This document shows positions 11,401 through 20,518 of a stretch of 64,000 nucleotides of DNA, one piece after another. This DNA is from a virus, in the IMG/VR virus record IMGVR_UViG_3300021197_001243, positions 19,757 through 83,756 of that record. The stretch is one strand, 5' to 3'. The position numbers were made by a program, and so were the translations under genes. How positions within the stretch are numbered: position 1 is the stretch's first letter; each line of letters starts with the position of its first letter. A model generated the notes under the pieces. That model was not told the origin of the DNA and searched no databases. It worked only from the letters and a program-made list of their open reading frames with translations.

Positions 11401-14400
11401 CTTACCTCGTAGCGATGCATTCCATCTTGCACGTATACCTCTAAGATTTCTTTCTAGGTTAGGGTCTATGTTATAAATTTTACCTGTCTCTTGCAGTATA
11501 GTATACTGTGTGTCATACATTGTTTTTGCAAACTGATTTCTAAACGCTGTTTGCAATAATGCTTCTTGAAAAGACGTAGGCATTACATAAGGATCCTCCC
11601 CTAATCTCTCTAGTACATCTTTAGCCCAAGGATACTCTTCTTCAAGGTCTATTAATGTATCTAACTGGTCTTGAAAATTTAGTTTACCCTGCAGTTTTGT
11701 TTGTAGAGTTTTTAGTACAGATTTAAGCTCGTATGCACCTCTTAGTCCTGTTGAATTACGTTCTCCGGTTCTGTTAGGAATTGTTCCAAGTATAATTTTA
11801 ATAACTCCTTTTGCAGTGTCTGTAGGAGACATTTCTAATTGATCTGCAATATCTTGGAACATTTTACTGCTTACTTCATCTTCATCTCTAGTATCTTCTA
11901 ACTCTAAGTCAAGTCCTAGCTGTTTCATAAACTGCTGATGAATCATAGTAGCATCATATCTGTTTTCTGTTCCCAGATCCCAAATTCTACCTTGTATTTC
12001 TTTTGAACCTAAAGCACTACTATAAAGAGCTTGATTAGCCTTAAGTACTTGATTATATGCAGCAGTACCTTCTTTCAACTCACTAAGTCTCTCTGCGTAA
12101 TCGTCATACATTAATGCCCATGCATCTCTGTATGCTTGTGCTAATGCTGAACTTTTTACAGGTGTCATATCTAGAAAATCTGCAAATTCTAAATTTACCT
12201 CTCTACCTTCTTCTACTTCGTAAGTTACATTTTGTATAGCCTCTGCTAAATATGAGGTAAGAGTGGAGTTAAGATCTGCAGTAAATACAGCACTTTGACC
12301 ATTTAAAATCTGTGTAGCTGCCATCATAGGGCTACCTACATTCTTATTTTCAAGGTTTCTTTGTGCATTTTTAAACCCTCCTTCTTCAATCTTAGCAAAA
12401 AGCCCCTCTATACCTTTTATAGTGGGATCTATTTCAAAAGCTTTATCAAGTTTAAATACAGTTCTAAACGTATCTCTGATAAAATCAAATAGTTTTTGGA
12501 AAATAGTTCTTTGCTCTGGAGTTACAGTGTCTTGTCCTATTACATATTTACCTTTTGACAATACATATCTCCTGAACTCTTCTGCTAACCATTCTTCTGC
12601 CTCTTTATCTGTAAACTCTGAAAGGAGTTTTGATACAGGCTTATAAGAACGATCTTGTTCTCCTTTAGCTAGCTCTTGGTATGGTACTGCTTTACCTTTT
12701 GTACGTCGTACAATATTGTAAAGTTTTTGTCTATCTCTTGGAGACAACATGTGCAGAGATACATTATGAAATCCTTCATGGTATAGTGCTCCTCCTGGTG
12801 CAAGATCCGATACAAGTATTTTACCAAAATCTTTAAGTTGAGCATATCCTTCTCCACTCATACCAGAAATCATTCCTAATACAGGAATAACCTCTGTAAT
12901 AAGCATACCCTGTAATCTTGCAAGTTCTTCCCCAAATGTTTCCTGTATATACTTATCAGATGGTAATGTGTAAGAGCTTGCTAAGAATGGTAAATCTTCT
13001 TGATCAGTAGATGGACGCTTTGTAGTAGTTGGTGTTGTTGTAGTATCTGGCTCAGTATCATCTTCTTTGTATTTCTCTTCAAAAACTTGCGATTGCTCTT
13101 TAGAAAGATCCCCATCCATATATCTATCTTGGATTCTTTCTTTTAAAGCTTGCGGTTCATCTGGATCTTCAAGTATCTCTATAAGCTCTTCTCCAGACAT
13201 CCGGTTTATAGCCATATCTACATACTTTAAATCAGCTGGGGGCTCGTATGTAGGCTTTTCTTCAGGCTTTTTATTAGGATCAAGATCAGTTAGTTCAGTG
13301 ATAGGTGCTCCAGTAGGAGAAAGTTCAGGAGACTCATTAGGATTTGTAGAAGGACGCGTTACTCCTGCTTTTTCTAAAGTTTCATTTACAGTATCTCTAA
13401 TAACTCTACCTGTTCTTGTAGCTCTTTGTACAGCTTTACCTCTAAAACTCCTTACATATTTAAGAGATTTTCTTTGCTTTTTACTATTGTTGAACATTGC
13501 ATACCCACCATGCCATCTTGGAGCATCGAGTATTTCAGAATCAGAATTTGAAGATATTGGAGTTGCTCTTGTTAATAATGGAGATTGTCCTTCATCTCTA
13601 TCTTTTAAAAGATATTCATTATAATTCTTCCATGTTTTACTGTTATCTTCATCTAGAGTAAGGTCATCGTTTAGAATTACCTGTAGGTATCCTTCCTTTT
13701 TACCATTTGTAATACTACTCTTACTTATATTGTGGTATTTAGTAGTTAAAAACTTTTTGAAAGAATTATATACTTCATCTTCTACACCGGCTTCAAAGTT
13801 TTCTAACCCAATTTCTTGACTTTGATCTCCGAATATAAATGTTCCTTTACGGTGAATTAATTGAAATCTAGGGTCATCTTTTTTAGACTTTTTACCCCGC
13901 ATATAGATTATATCATCTAAAGCTTTTTTAAGAGATATCTTTTCACCTTCAAATTCAAATTCAAATTCTTTTGCAGCTTCATATGCTTTTTCCCAACTTT
14001 TAGTCCCTTCTTGAGCATCATAACTTTCCTTACGTACAGTTATAAGTTTTTGAAGTAATCGGAGTACATTTTCTACTTCATTAGCTTCAAACTCTCTCCC
14101 TATCATAGGTATAGCTAGTTGACGTTTCTTGTCAAACGCCCATACAAGACCTGATCTTGTACGCACAGGCATAGGTATATCTTTAAGAGTTATAGTTTCA
14201 TCTATAGTTTTAGAGGTACCTATATATAACCCTACGTCAGAGTATTGATTTTTACTATGTAGTTTCCCAGAATTTTGTGTGGCCTCATCTTCAAGGACTA
14301 TTTTCCCATTAGATTTACCTGTAATATTATATAAGTATACTTCGTCAGATTCTAAAGTTTCTTTTCTCCAGGTTTCATGAGCTTCACTAATGTCATCTTT

Positions 14401-17400
14401 TTCAGACTGTTTTAAATCTTTATCACTTCTAAACCTTTCGTCTCCGTTAGCCCTCTTTAATTTAGAGGTCATAGCAGATGTAAATACAGGGTTATTTTCG
14501 TCGTCTGTTACAAATTTATGGACATTCTCATATCTTTTTTTCTTAGCGTTCCAGGCTTGGATTTTAACTGCTACAAGTTTTATATCATTCTCGTCAAAGA
14601 ACATATCTTTTGTAAGCCCCAACTTTTGCAGGTCTTCAGGGATATTATCTCTAGTTACTGCTGCAAGTGAATAGTTATAATAAGTTTTTCCTTTGCTTAG
14701 AGTAGGACCTACATCAGTAGTATGCAGCCAATTAAACCATCTTAACTGAGATTCTGCTATAAGGAACTTTTCTTGCTCTTCGTCTGTTCTATCATCTTCA
14801 TCTATAACTACAAGATTTCTATAAGTTTGAAGTGCACCGTCGTACACATCTTTATTTTCATCAGTTACATGGCGACCAGTAGTTCTATTAAATCCTGGAT
14901 ACGATATATCCGACTTAGCTAATGGTGCAGTATCAAGCTCAAGATTATAGGCATCTTCTACAGGGAATGTATAGTTTGCAGAAGGCCTGTTAGGATCCGC
15001 ATCTGTACCTTTTTTGATTTTAGTATTCTGAATTAAGGTAAATGCAACTAAGTTTGTAGATGCATCCTGAAATTGTTTTAAAGTCTCTACAAAGGGTGCT
15101 ATTCCATCTAAGGAATTTATATCTACAGGTAGTAATTCTTTTAATCTATTTATACTCTGCTCTGTAAGAATAATTTCTGATGCAAGAAACTCTACATTAT
15201 CTTGTTCTTCAAGAGTAAGTTTATTTTTCTTTTTAAAATTAGCTCTATGCTGATTTAAAAGATCTTCAAGTATACTTTTGTAGTCATTTAATTGTACAAG
15301 TTCATCTGTAATTTCTTGTATACTCTTTTCAATAATGCCTACTTGAGATTGCTTTTCTTCTTTTAGCTTAACCATATCTCTTAAAAATCTTAGAGTAAGA
15401 TCGTTTGAAATGGATTTTTTAGAATCTATTTCTTTTAAGAGTCCTTCTGTTTTACCGTACATTTCAAGACTGTACGTATTAAGGTTAGGTTGATTTACTT
15501 CAAACTCATCTATAACAGATAAGATATTGTATAGATTATCTCTATCTACATTAAGATCTTTTAAAAGGCTTTCTCCTATACGGATAGTTTCCTCTATGTC
15601 TGCTATCTTTTTATTTGCATCTTTTACTGTTAGGAATCTGCCATTTTTTCCTCTGATACGCTTACCAGCTTCAAGTTTCTCTACATCTTGTACAAGATCT
15701 GCAAGAAGATCCTTTATTTCTTGTTTAAGATCAAGTATTCTTTTTTCAAGATTTACAACTTCACGTTCAGATGTTTTACGTGCTTCTTGAAGTTTATCTT
15801 TAAACTCTTGTACTTTTCTAGCGTCCTCTTCATCTTTTCTTTTACGAGCTTTCTTTTCTTCCTCTGTAACCTCTGTATCAAGAGCATTTATTTTATCGAT
15901 AATATTCTGCGTTACTTGTGGATTGTAATAAGGATCCATAAGCTTTTTATACATCTCCCCGGCAGACTGTCTCCTTGCTCTTAATTTTCTAAGATCTGCA
16001 AGTAATCCATATACCTCTTTTTCATTCTTCGCAAAACCTTCAGGATCAGACTTTTTCCAAGGCTCTATAATTTTTTCATACTCCTCTTGTGATAGTATAT
16101 TTTCATCACCTACCTCTTTAATTATAGCGTTTAGCTCTACTTTAGCATCGTATAAAGTACGAAGAGTTGCGGCTTGTGCTGGAGATCTATCTGTTATTTT
16201 TTCTAGTGCGTCAATAGTATTTAAAACAGTTACAAGTTGACCTCTAACGTCTGCCTCCCCTGTAAAAGCCGCTATATCTATTTGACGAATATTACCTTCT
16301 GCATCTTGGTACTCTATTACAGGCATTGTTTCAATATCAGTAAGATCTTCAGTTGTAGTCTTACCTTCTTTGTCACTTATCCTGTATCCTGGAGCTTTTG
16401 CTAGTGTACCTCCTATAAGTGGAGCTAATTTTTCTATTATACTTCCCTCTCGCTCTTCTGTGTTATTCATTGTAGATAAAGCATGAATAAGCATTTTTCT
16501 ATTAAAAGCTTTTGTACCAGGCCTATCGTATCCTACATATTTTTCTTGCTCTGTATATCTAAGATTAGAATCTACTTTATTTACATTTTCATAAACTTGT
16601 TTAGCTCTTTCTTTTACAGCATTTACTACATGAGATTTTCTTTTAGTAACTTCTTCACTTGTAAGATTTTCAGCTGTGTATCCTCCCCACTCTATAAACT
16701 CTTCTTCAGACATATTGAGAATCTCATCGGTTTGATTTTCAATATCTTGATACTGACCTGTATGTATTTTAGCCATTACATAGTCAAAGAAGTTATCATA
16801 CTCTAGATCTTTAGCTAAAGCCATGTCTCCAGCCTCCATAGCTTGATCCATAAGTTTACTTCTCTTGGCTACATTCATAAAAAATGCAGCATTAGTAGAA
16901 AGAGTTTTTAGAAGTCCTGGGTTCTCCTCTATAGCTTTGTCTAAATAGTCAAGAGCCTCTCTTCTAACCTTTGTATTTTTATAAGCTTGTATTGCAGTAG
17001 TATTTACACCTGGAAGTCCTAAACTTCCCATTATAGCTCCAAGAACTACCTCTGTAAGACCTTCATCTGTAAAATAAGACTCTGCTCCTGCCTCTTTAAA
17101 TGAGCTTACACTAGCACCTACAAGCTCTCTAAGACTGTTATCATCTCTTATCCCAGAAAGAAGTGCATAATCTGCAGCAGCTCTTTGCATTACACCCTGT
17201 CCACCTTCTTCTATTACACCTTCATAAAAACCTCTTCCTGCTACATATCCCACTCCTTTAGCAACATCTGTTGCTGTTTTACCTATTTTTCCCTCTACAA
17301 GTTTTCTTGCTCTAGTACCTACTCTTGCAATTCCATTATCTAAAGATTGTACTCCAGGTATATTACGAATAAGGTTGTGTTTACCTAGACCATAAAGTTT

Positions 17401-18465
17401 AGGGACCATAAGTATGTTACTCATACCTACTAAAGCTACGTTACCTGCAAAGACACCATTAGATAAAGAAGTGGCTTCGTCTTCAATATCTTGCCTTTCT
17501 TTTACACTAAGAGCTTCAAATTTTTGCTCTTTAGTCATATTATAAGGGTCAAGACCTTTTTCTTGTAAAGCAGCAATTATAAGATTATCTTTTATTCTAT
17601 CATATGCATGTCTAGATTCTACACCGGCTTCATACATAGCACCCGTACCAAGCTGTCTTACAAGTTTACCAGTATCTAAAAGTTGCTGTCTTGAAACAAA
17701 CTGTGATGCTGCTTTTGCTACATCTGTGGTTTTCCTCCCTAATGTTGTAGCTTTAAATAACCTTGTACCTCTTGCTAAAAGAGATGCAGTTCCTGCTGCT
17801 TGTACTCCTGCAGCACCTCCAAGTGTAGCAGCTGTTAAAGCTGATAATCCTAATTCTGTAATTACAGCTCCAGCTAAGAAACTCATACCGTTTAAGAATT
17901 TGTCAGACCAAAAGTTTGCTGTACCCATTTGATCCCACAAACCTTTTTCTCTTTCAAATTGAGTATAATGGTTAGGTAGGGTTTCATCCATAGCAGAGTT
18001 TAGATCATCTAAACCTCTTGCAAATTCATTATTGTAAAATGAGCTCCATTTTTCATCTCTAACACCTGAATATAGACCATATCCCAATCCAATAATACTA
18101 CCTATAACATTAACTCCTGTTTTACCTGCAAATTTTACAGAGCCATTAGCGTATTTATCAATATCAGTTTGAGTGGCACCTCTATAATCTGAAAGATCAT
18201 CTAACTGCCCAGGTAAAGTAATGTTGTAATCTTGCTTATACTTTGCAAAATCTTCTGGTACATACTGCCCTACATTTTGTACTGGAGCAGGTGTAAACAT
18301 ACCTATAGCATCTGCCTCTTGTACAAGCATAGAGTTAAATGCTGTATCTTCAGGTAAATTAGAAGGATCATCTTCGTCTCCTAACTCTGCCGGTGCAGTT
18401 TCAAGAGGAGATGCTGCAAGTGCTGTGTCTTCAGGGAGGTTTAATAGCTCGTCTTCTTCTTCCAT
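5491..18465 (-). CDS. Giant virion-encapsidated RNA polymerase (crAss-like vRNAP, 4324 aa) with zincin and ART-like accessory domains
   Basis: Catalytic loop LIGIRIPT...VVIPSEMVTKSGSDFDIDKL, with DFDID at 8518-8532, is typical of crAss-like vRNAPs. HEGFH...EEWLAEEF zincin motif at 12766-12780. N-terminus is Gly/Ala-rich and hydrophobic, followed by a long coiled coil. Confidence 0.92.
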   Translation of the reverse strand: MEEEDELLNLPEDTALAASPLETAPAELGDEDDPSNLPEDTAFNSMLVQEADAIGMFTPAPVQNVGQYVPEDFAKYKQDYNITLPGQLDDLSDYRGATQTDIDKYANGSVKFAGKTGVNVIGSIIGLGYGLYSGVRDEKWSSFYNNEFARGLDDLNSAMDETLPNHYTQFEREKGLWDQMGTANFWSDKFLNGMSFLAGAVITELGLSALTAATLGGAAGVQAAGTASLLARGTRLFKATTLGRKTTDVAKAASQFVSRQQLLDTGKLVRQLGTGAMYEAGVESRHAYDRIKDNLIIAALQEKGLDPYNMTKEQKFEALSVKERQDIEDEATSLSNGVFAGNVALVGMSNILMVPKLYGLGKHNLIRNIPGVQSLDNGIARVGTRARKLVEGKIGKTATDVAKGVGYVAGRGFYEGVIEEGGQGVMQRAAADYALLSGIRDDNSLRELVGASVSSFKEAGAESYFTDEGLTEVVLGAIMGSLGLPGVNTTAIQAYKNTKVRREALDYLDKAIEENPGLLKTLSTNAAFFMNVAKRSKLMDQAMEAGDMALAKDLEYDNFFDYVMAKIHTGQYQDIENQTDEILNMSEEEFIEWGGYTAENLTSEEVTKRKSHVVNAVKERAKQVYENVNKVDSNLRYTEQEKYVGYDRPGTKAFNRKMLIHALSTMNNTEEREGSIIEKLAPLIGGTLAKAPGYRISDKEGKTTTEDLTDIETMPVIEYQDAEGNIRQIDIAAFTGEADVRGQLVTVLNTIDALEKITDRSPAQAATLRTLYDAKVELNAIIKEVGDENILSQEEYEKIIEPWKKSDPEGFAKNEKEVYGLLADLRKLRARRQSAGEMYKKLMDPYYNPQVTQNIIDKINALDTEVTEEEKKARKRKDEEDARKVQEFKDKLQEARKTSEREVVNLEKRILDLKQEIKDLLADLVQDVEKLEAGKRIRGKNGRFLTVKDANKKIADIEETIRIGESLLKDLNVDRDNLYNILSVIDEFEVNQPNLNTYSLEMYGKTEGLLKEIDSKKSISNDLTLRFLRDMVKLKEEKQSQVGIIEKSIQEITDELVQLNDYKSILEDLLNQHRANFKKKNKLTLEEQDNVEFLASEIILTEQSINRLKELLPVDINSLDGIAPFVETLKQFQDASTNLVAFTLIQNTKIKKGTDADPNRPSANYTFPVEDAYNLELDTAPLAKSDISYPGFNRTTGRHVTDENKDVYDGALQTYRNLVVIDEDDRTDEEQEKFLIAESQLRWFNWLHTTDVGPTLSKGKTYYNYSLAAVTRDNIPEDLQKLGLTKDMFFDENDIKLVAVKIQAWNAKKKRYENVHKFVTDDENNPVFTSAMTSKLKRANGDERFRSDKDLKQSEKDDISEAHETWRKETLESDEVYLYNITGKSNGKIVLEDEATQNSGKLHSKNQYSDVGLYIGTSKTIDETITLKDIPMPVRTRSGLVWAFDKKRQLAIPMIGREFEANEVENVLRLLQKLITVRKESYDAQEGTKSWEKAYEAAKEFEFEFEGEKISLKKALDDIIYMRGKKSKKDDPRFQLIHRKGTFIFGDQSQEIGLENFEAGVEDEVYNSFKKFLTTKYHNISKSSITNGKKEGYLQVILNDDLTLDEDNSKTWKNYNEYLLKDRDEGQSPLLTRATPISSNSDSEILDAPRWHGGYAMFNNSKKQRKSLKYVRSFRGKAVQRATRTGRVIRDTVNETLEKAGVTRPSTNPNESPELSPTGAPITELTDLDPNKKPEEKPTYEPPADLKYVDMAINRMSGEELIEILEDPDEPQALKERIQDRYMDGDLSKEQSQVFEEKYKEDDTEPDTTTTPTTTKRPSTDQEDLPFLASSYTLPSDKYIQETFGEELARLQGMLITEVIPVLGMISGMSGEGYAQLKDFGKILVSDLAPGGALYHEGFHNVSLHMLSPRDRQKLYNIVRRTKGKAVPYQELAKGEQDRSYKPVSKLLSEFTDKEAEEWLAEEFRRYVLSKGKYVIGQDTVTPEQRTIFQKLFDFIRDTFRTVFKLDKAFEIDPTIKGIEGLFAKIEEGGFKNAQRNLENKNVGSPMMAATQILNGQSAVFTADLNSTLTSYLAEAIQNVTYEVEEGREVNLEFADFLDMTPVKSSALAQAYRDAWALMYDDYAERLSELKEGTAAYNQVLKANQALYSSALGSKEIQGRIWDLGTENRYDATMIHQQFMKQLGLDLELEDTRDEDEVSSKMFQDIADQLEMSPTDTAKGVIKIILGTIPNRTGERNSTGLRGAYELKSVLKTLQTKLQGKLNFQDQLDTLIDLEEEYPWAKDVLERLGEDPYVMPTSFQEALLQTAFRNQFAKTMYDTQYTILQETGKIYNIDPNLERNLRGIRARWNASLRGKTRTSKHVQFDERGNIVFDKDVKSKFGNRKLTIKGVLNAVENSRDYGYKLDALEHLGIVFSNREKLEGILQIDSRNEMMLPGTDTTYRNAIDNGIDFVFGDIIAGTTSLTALFDRSESLSVTRMNHLAKLELDTTNIEYEFQHQNPEGKLVYSISMNNEMSTIANTPIDELKDYFPTKENPNKNPYAFNSLTLKALRDDPNVKMDVMIREGLAIEGAGQVGVKTSKLRPTDNLTSYIESIMEGVMPVLKAADIATDFSIRFPIKEFKDIRSAKDALLGYLVDEIVATNTATEEQINVKDYTDRINKLRMFKKLMSKLNPDMTSHLNNMMNNAEATRDDIQEFITLNSNAFFESIEKVLKEDVEELIEFMDKLKVVSKNEDDSYQLYGLNRARFGETLPDNVSKEKLQEFVETVVVRQTIYKNEMFKMFFGDPAFYKALFKRVKGAVGVKDIFNVDEGLNEWLNASENSRVKNNKTDAEFTLFDGKVADGFEQLVVVKEPSRITPFLQEYIDSLSPKVAAAYAKAAEKADGTLLLTLPAYREMAIRGNTWSPAQEKVYENVMYRGDTITDEVMGKFPPLKFQYFGYLANDNINTQVPGFFKMSAAPIYPGLGKMGNKTFTGIENMYKFLTSETLGGLILPSAFKIGVPGEDSQLELMEDGVILNSDMLKNNLDSSNVVNIDYRFMGTQLEVPSKFKGTSPIATQARVQVLSDLFQNGAIRPEFEALSPTIERYNSVLNSLTEQAYTKLLDEFGIKEKGRNEDNTMNYEVINNDFSKFIAAIKNESLRRQMPKQLLASLDYLEERNEEKKPVYFDAVSNKGRLEGVLWSLAGKRVIRQRFKGDMYVQQSSLGFETSKIDGIPGVRLDELEAYTEGDKYMQVYLPHHFKEMVGKDMIIKKDGIYDGDTKVGELDLLELIGIRIPTDGIHSIEAIKVKGFLPRTAGPTVVIPSEMVTKSGSDFDIDKLVLYFPAYRMRGGKLVKEKFYDSLEEWYNAEQRILNRNMKALEEMEDIMDSVAERDQLVKMLTDSFVSKIFGEKTADELFKESAEDISNEQADKLAQYFDSNPKEIRKSYARIKKIIAKQEVFSKSFEEWQAENPKATKYNSQSKGAMQNAVMEDMITLLQINNEERYDTWLQPVHTNDLEAIALELNGGVDPNTNELVEGIYKGDKRLPDLATITDYHTDTSIPNLIEVAEAFNKGKVLVGIAALGSTHHIKGQIAGLTLDTDNELKLPTGAIKEIAINFTGFDPLAMEHSLGRVTNVEGTMRISDAISQFTNASVDVVNNPILHILNITPDNANMWMFLTRVGVDIRTQAMFANQPIVKDYLQMLEIGRSRTSKVMEESIYDEEISKDLRTLYATNFKTSPTESDTYLLSADMLKPMVAKDVEDMTEEEKYVQLQVLSDMFMYSKLGETLGNIVTAQAFDTKIPKSRNHLRVILDMYKSALSTGLFKNAEKITSINTTQPATEVTEGVSEVFESNPELAEIGTEEQYNAYLNTIFPESKVKDIVYHNTKEKFEEFDKTKLISDGFYFTSDKAAYAHVGEVKMAVVLNLKNPITDAPGLSETINKPGDTKRFSDLGNDGIIDTEGLGEIIAFEPDQIHILGSKQDIIGFEDFIAKKGTPDTFMRSLSMYNYDMQTIFNDLFLTEDQQAAFMVDFKRIQKIYTNPNIRGLSVDERAKILNKYENGFISFIMQNIPVYREDSNQEIDLGDNIESLMLGEDSMAMQIETIQNPKVKHPLKDNPFIQNLIPVISPVREGKDMTNDYLQPLNRTMTPFEMNSIYDGFREVEATYPDIARNIIKTALLQTGIETARNSFLNTIPGDSIMRLMEDPLDRYATGNAGMVFNGRIEDYFEYFLENNRNDRTIAVKNNTYSKKTHPITYQLTSKSKKAFKQAIAQGAARPKAEVVYFRNPVEGEEGVSVPIDVRGSTNLVNMTNTIFLDSNYTIANKNKAQSKPKKGKKDPLTCKK

Positions 18466-18486
18466 CTATGTACTTAATTATCTTTA

Positions 18487-20514
18487 TTAAAAGGTCGTGG
18501 TTCCTTTCGGTTTTGTACCACCAAATAAAAGTCCTAATTCTTCTCCTCTGGCTGCAGAGTTATCTAAAATACCTTGAACTACTGCTCCAAGAGTTTCAGG
18601 TCGCTGTACAGCCTTATATACTTGGTTTGTCCTAGAATTTTTATACTCTATACGAACATAAGATTCAATATTTCCATGAGAAGGATTTCTTCTTACTTTA
18701 TATGTGTAATCTATATGTGTAACACCATTAGGCATTTTTCCATCAGTAATAGGATCTCCTGTTTTTGTAGGTTTAGGATAATTTATAGTTTTTGAAGCAT
18801 TAGGTTTACCTTGTGCAATAAGATCGGATACAGCCCCTAGTCTTTTAAACTCTGCTAGAGGTTTAGATTTGTCTCCTACAATAAGATTAAATACGTCCCC
18901 ATCACCAGACGTATATGTAATCTCCATTCCTCCTGCTAAAGGACCTCTTGCAGTTAATCCATTTATTTGAACTGTAGCCTCTGTATCTCCTCCTTGAAGG
19001 GCGGTTATAATTTCCTTCTGCCAATCCTCATCTAAATCCCAAAATTTACCATTAAATGGATTCCAAGTATCGTTTCTTTCGTCAGCAATTTGATCTCCCC
19101 ATTCATTTAATGTTAATGGAGTATTAGTGGGATTATCTATATCTATAACTTGTAAACTAGGAGAGTTACCTAATACTTTTTTCATAGACTCTATTCCTTC
19201 TATTCTAGGAGCATATACAGTACCTATTTGTACTGCAGGATTTTGTACAATTCCTTCCCAAAGTTCTTCAGAGTACTCTCTATCTGTTTGACCAGGTAGT
19301 CTAGGTACTACATTTGCATACTCCTCTCTAAGATATTGAAGTTTACCTTCTGTATTTCCTCTAATATTTAAAAGGTCCTTTCCTTCTGCAATTTGCTTTC
19401 TTACTCGTTTTGTAGATTCTTCAAGAGTAGATGGTCGAGTCTTACCTCCCCAAGGATCTTTTTGTTGGCCTGGTATAATAGAAATTTTACTGCCATCAGG
19501 ATTAAAATGCTCATCAAAATCAAGATTTTCTGTCTCTGGATCTATATCAACAGTTTGTCTAGATTCTACTGGAGTACTTGTTGGAGTTTCTTGATCTGCT
19601 AAAGCTTTCATATAAGGGCTTTGCATATATTGAAGCTTAGATCCTCTTTGAGGTGCAGCTGCTGAGATTAAATCTTGAAATAGTACTTGCTGTGCTTCTT
19701 GTGCATCATACAAGGTTCCTGTAGCATCATTAACTGAAAGTTGTTGTAATGCTCTCATTTTTTGTAGACCTTCTGCACTATCCATATACAAAGGTAATAC
19801 AGCCTCTGCAACTTTTCTTATTTTATTTCCTGATACTGCAGATCCACTTTGCAACATGAACATTGCTTGTTCTACAGGTAAGTTAAGATTAGCTGCTACT
19901 TGCTGTAAAAGAATAGGATCATCTGCAATACCTTGCATTAGTTGCCGGGCTTTTTCTTCTGCAGGGAGTTTATTTTCAGATAAAGGTTGATATACACCTT
20001 GAGTTTCAGTGACATGTGTATCAGTTACATGCTCAGTTATAACTTCTCCTGTTTTAGGATCTCTCATAGCAAGTCCTGTTACTGGATCTATAACAGGTTT
20101 TTCTCCAAAATCGTAAGATTGTAGCCCATTAGCTCTACGCTGCGATATAACTTCTAATTCTTTTTGTCGATTTTGCCAAGACTCTACAGCGTTAAGTACC
20201 TTTTTATCTGTCATAAAATCTGTTACAGAATCAGATACAGCCATAGATCCAAACTCGTATGCTCCAGAATCTACAACATTTGACATAGTATTTCCTACTC
20301 TCCCTCCAAGATCTTGTACAGTATAGCCATCTTTTTTTAAAGTTTGGACAGACCCCATAGCTCTTTGTAGATTATCATACTCTGCTTTATTAGTAGTATA
20401 TCTATTTGCTAAGGTTTCAGCAGTTTCTTTACGACCAAGATCTACAAACATAGATTCATACTCAGGAAATTGTATTCCTCCGTATTGATATTTCAGCTTC
20501 TCTTTGTAATCCAT
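18487..20514 (-). CDS. Putative virion cargo (ejection) protein, 675 aa
   Basis: Long ORF between the muzzle/LysM genes and the vRNAP gene, the usual cargo-gene position. N-terminus is helical and starts KYQYGG...YESMFVDL. Confidence 0.6.
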   Translation of the reverse strand: MDYKEKLKYQYGGIQFPEYESMFVDLGRKETAETLANRYTTNKAEYDNLQRAMGSVQTLKKDGYTVQDLGGRVGNTMSNVVDSGAYEFGSMAVSDSVTDFMTDKKVLNAVESWQNRQKELEVISQRRANGLQSYDFGEKPVIDPVTGLAMRDPKTGEVITEHVTDTHVTETQGVYQPLSENKLPAEEKARQLMQGIADDPILLQQVAANLNLPVEQAMFMLQSGSAVSGNKIRKVAEAVLPLYMDSAEGLQKMRALQQLSVNDATGTLYDAQEAQQVLFQDLISAAAPQRGSKLQYMQSPYMKALADQETPTSTPVESRQTVDIDPETENLDFDEHFNPDGSKISIIPGQQKDPWGGKTRPSTLEESTKRVRKQIAEGKDLLNIRGNTEGKLQYLREEYANVVPRLPGQTDREYSEELWEGIVQNPAVQIGTVYAPRIEGIESMKKVLGNSPSLQVIDIDNPTNTPLTLNEWGDQIADERNDTWNPFNGKFWDLDEDWQKEIITALQGGDTEATVQINGLTARGPLAGGMEITYTSGDGDVFNLIVGDKSKPLAEFKRLGAVSDLIAQGKPNASKTINYPKPTKTGDPITDGKMPNGVTHIDYTYKVRRNPSHGNIESYVRIEYKNSRTNQVYKAVQRPETLGAVVQGILDNSAARGEELGLLFGGTKPKGTTTF

Positions 20515-20518
20515 TATG

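Noticed and set aside
18340-18445. Duplicated NLPEDTA peptide at the vRNAP N-terminus
   Set aside because: Only two short copies in a disordered acidic leader; no further support for a function.
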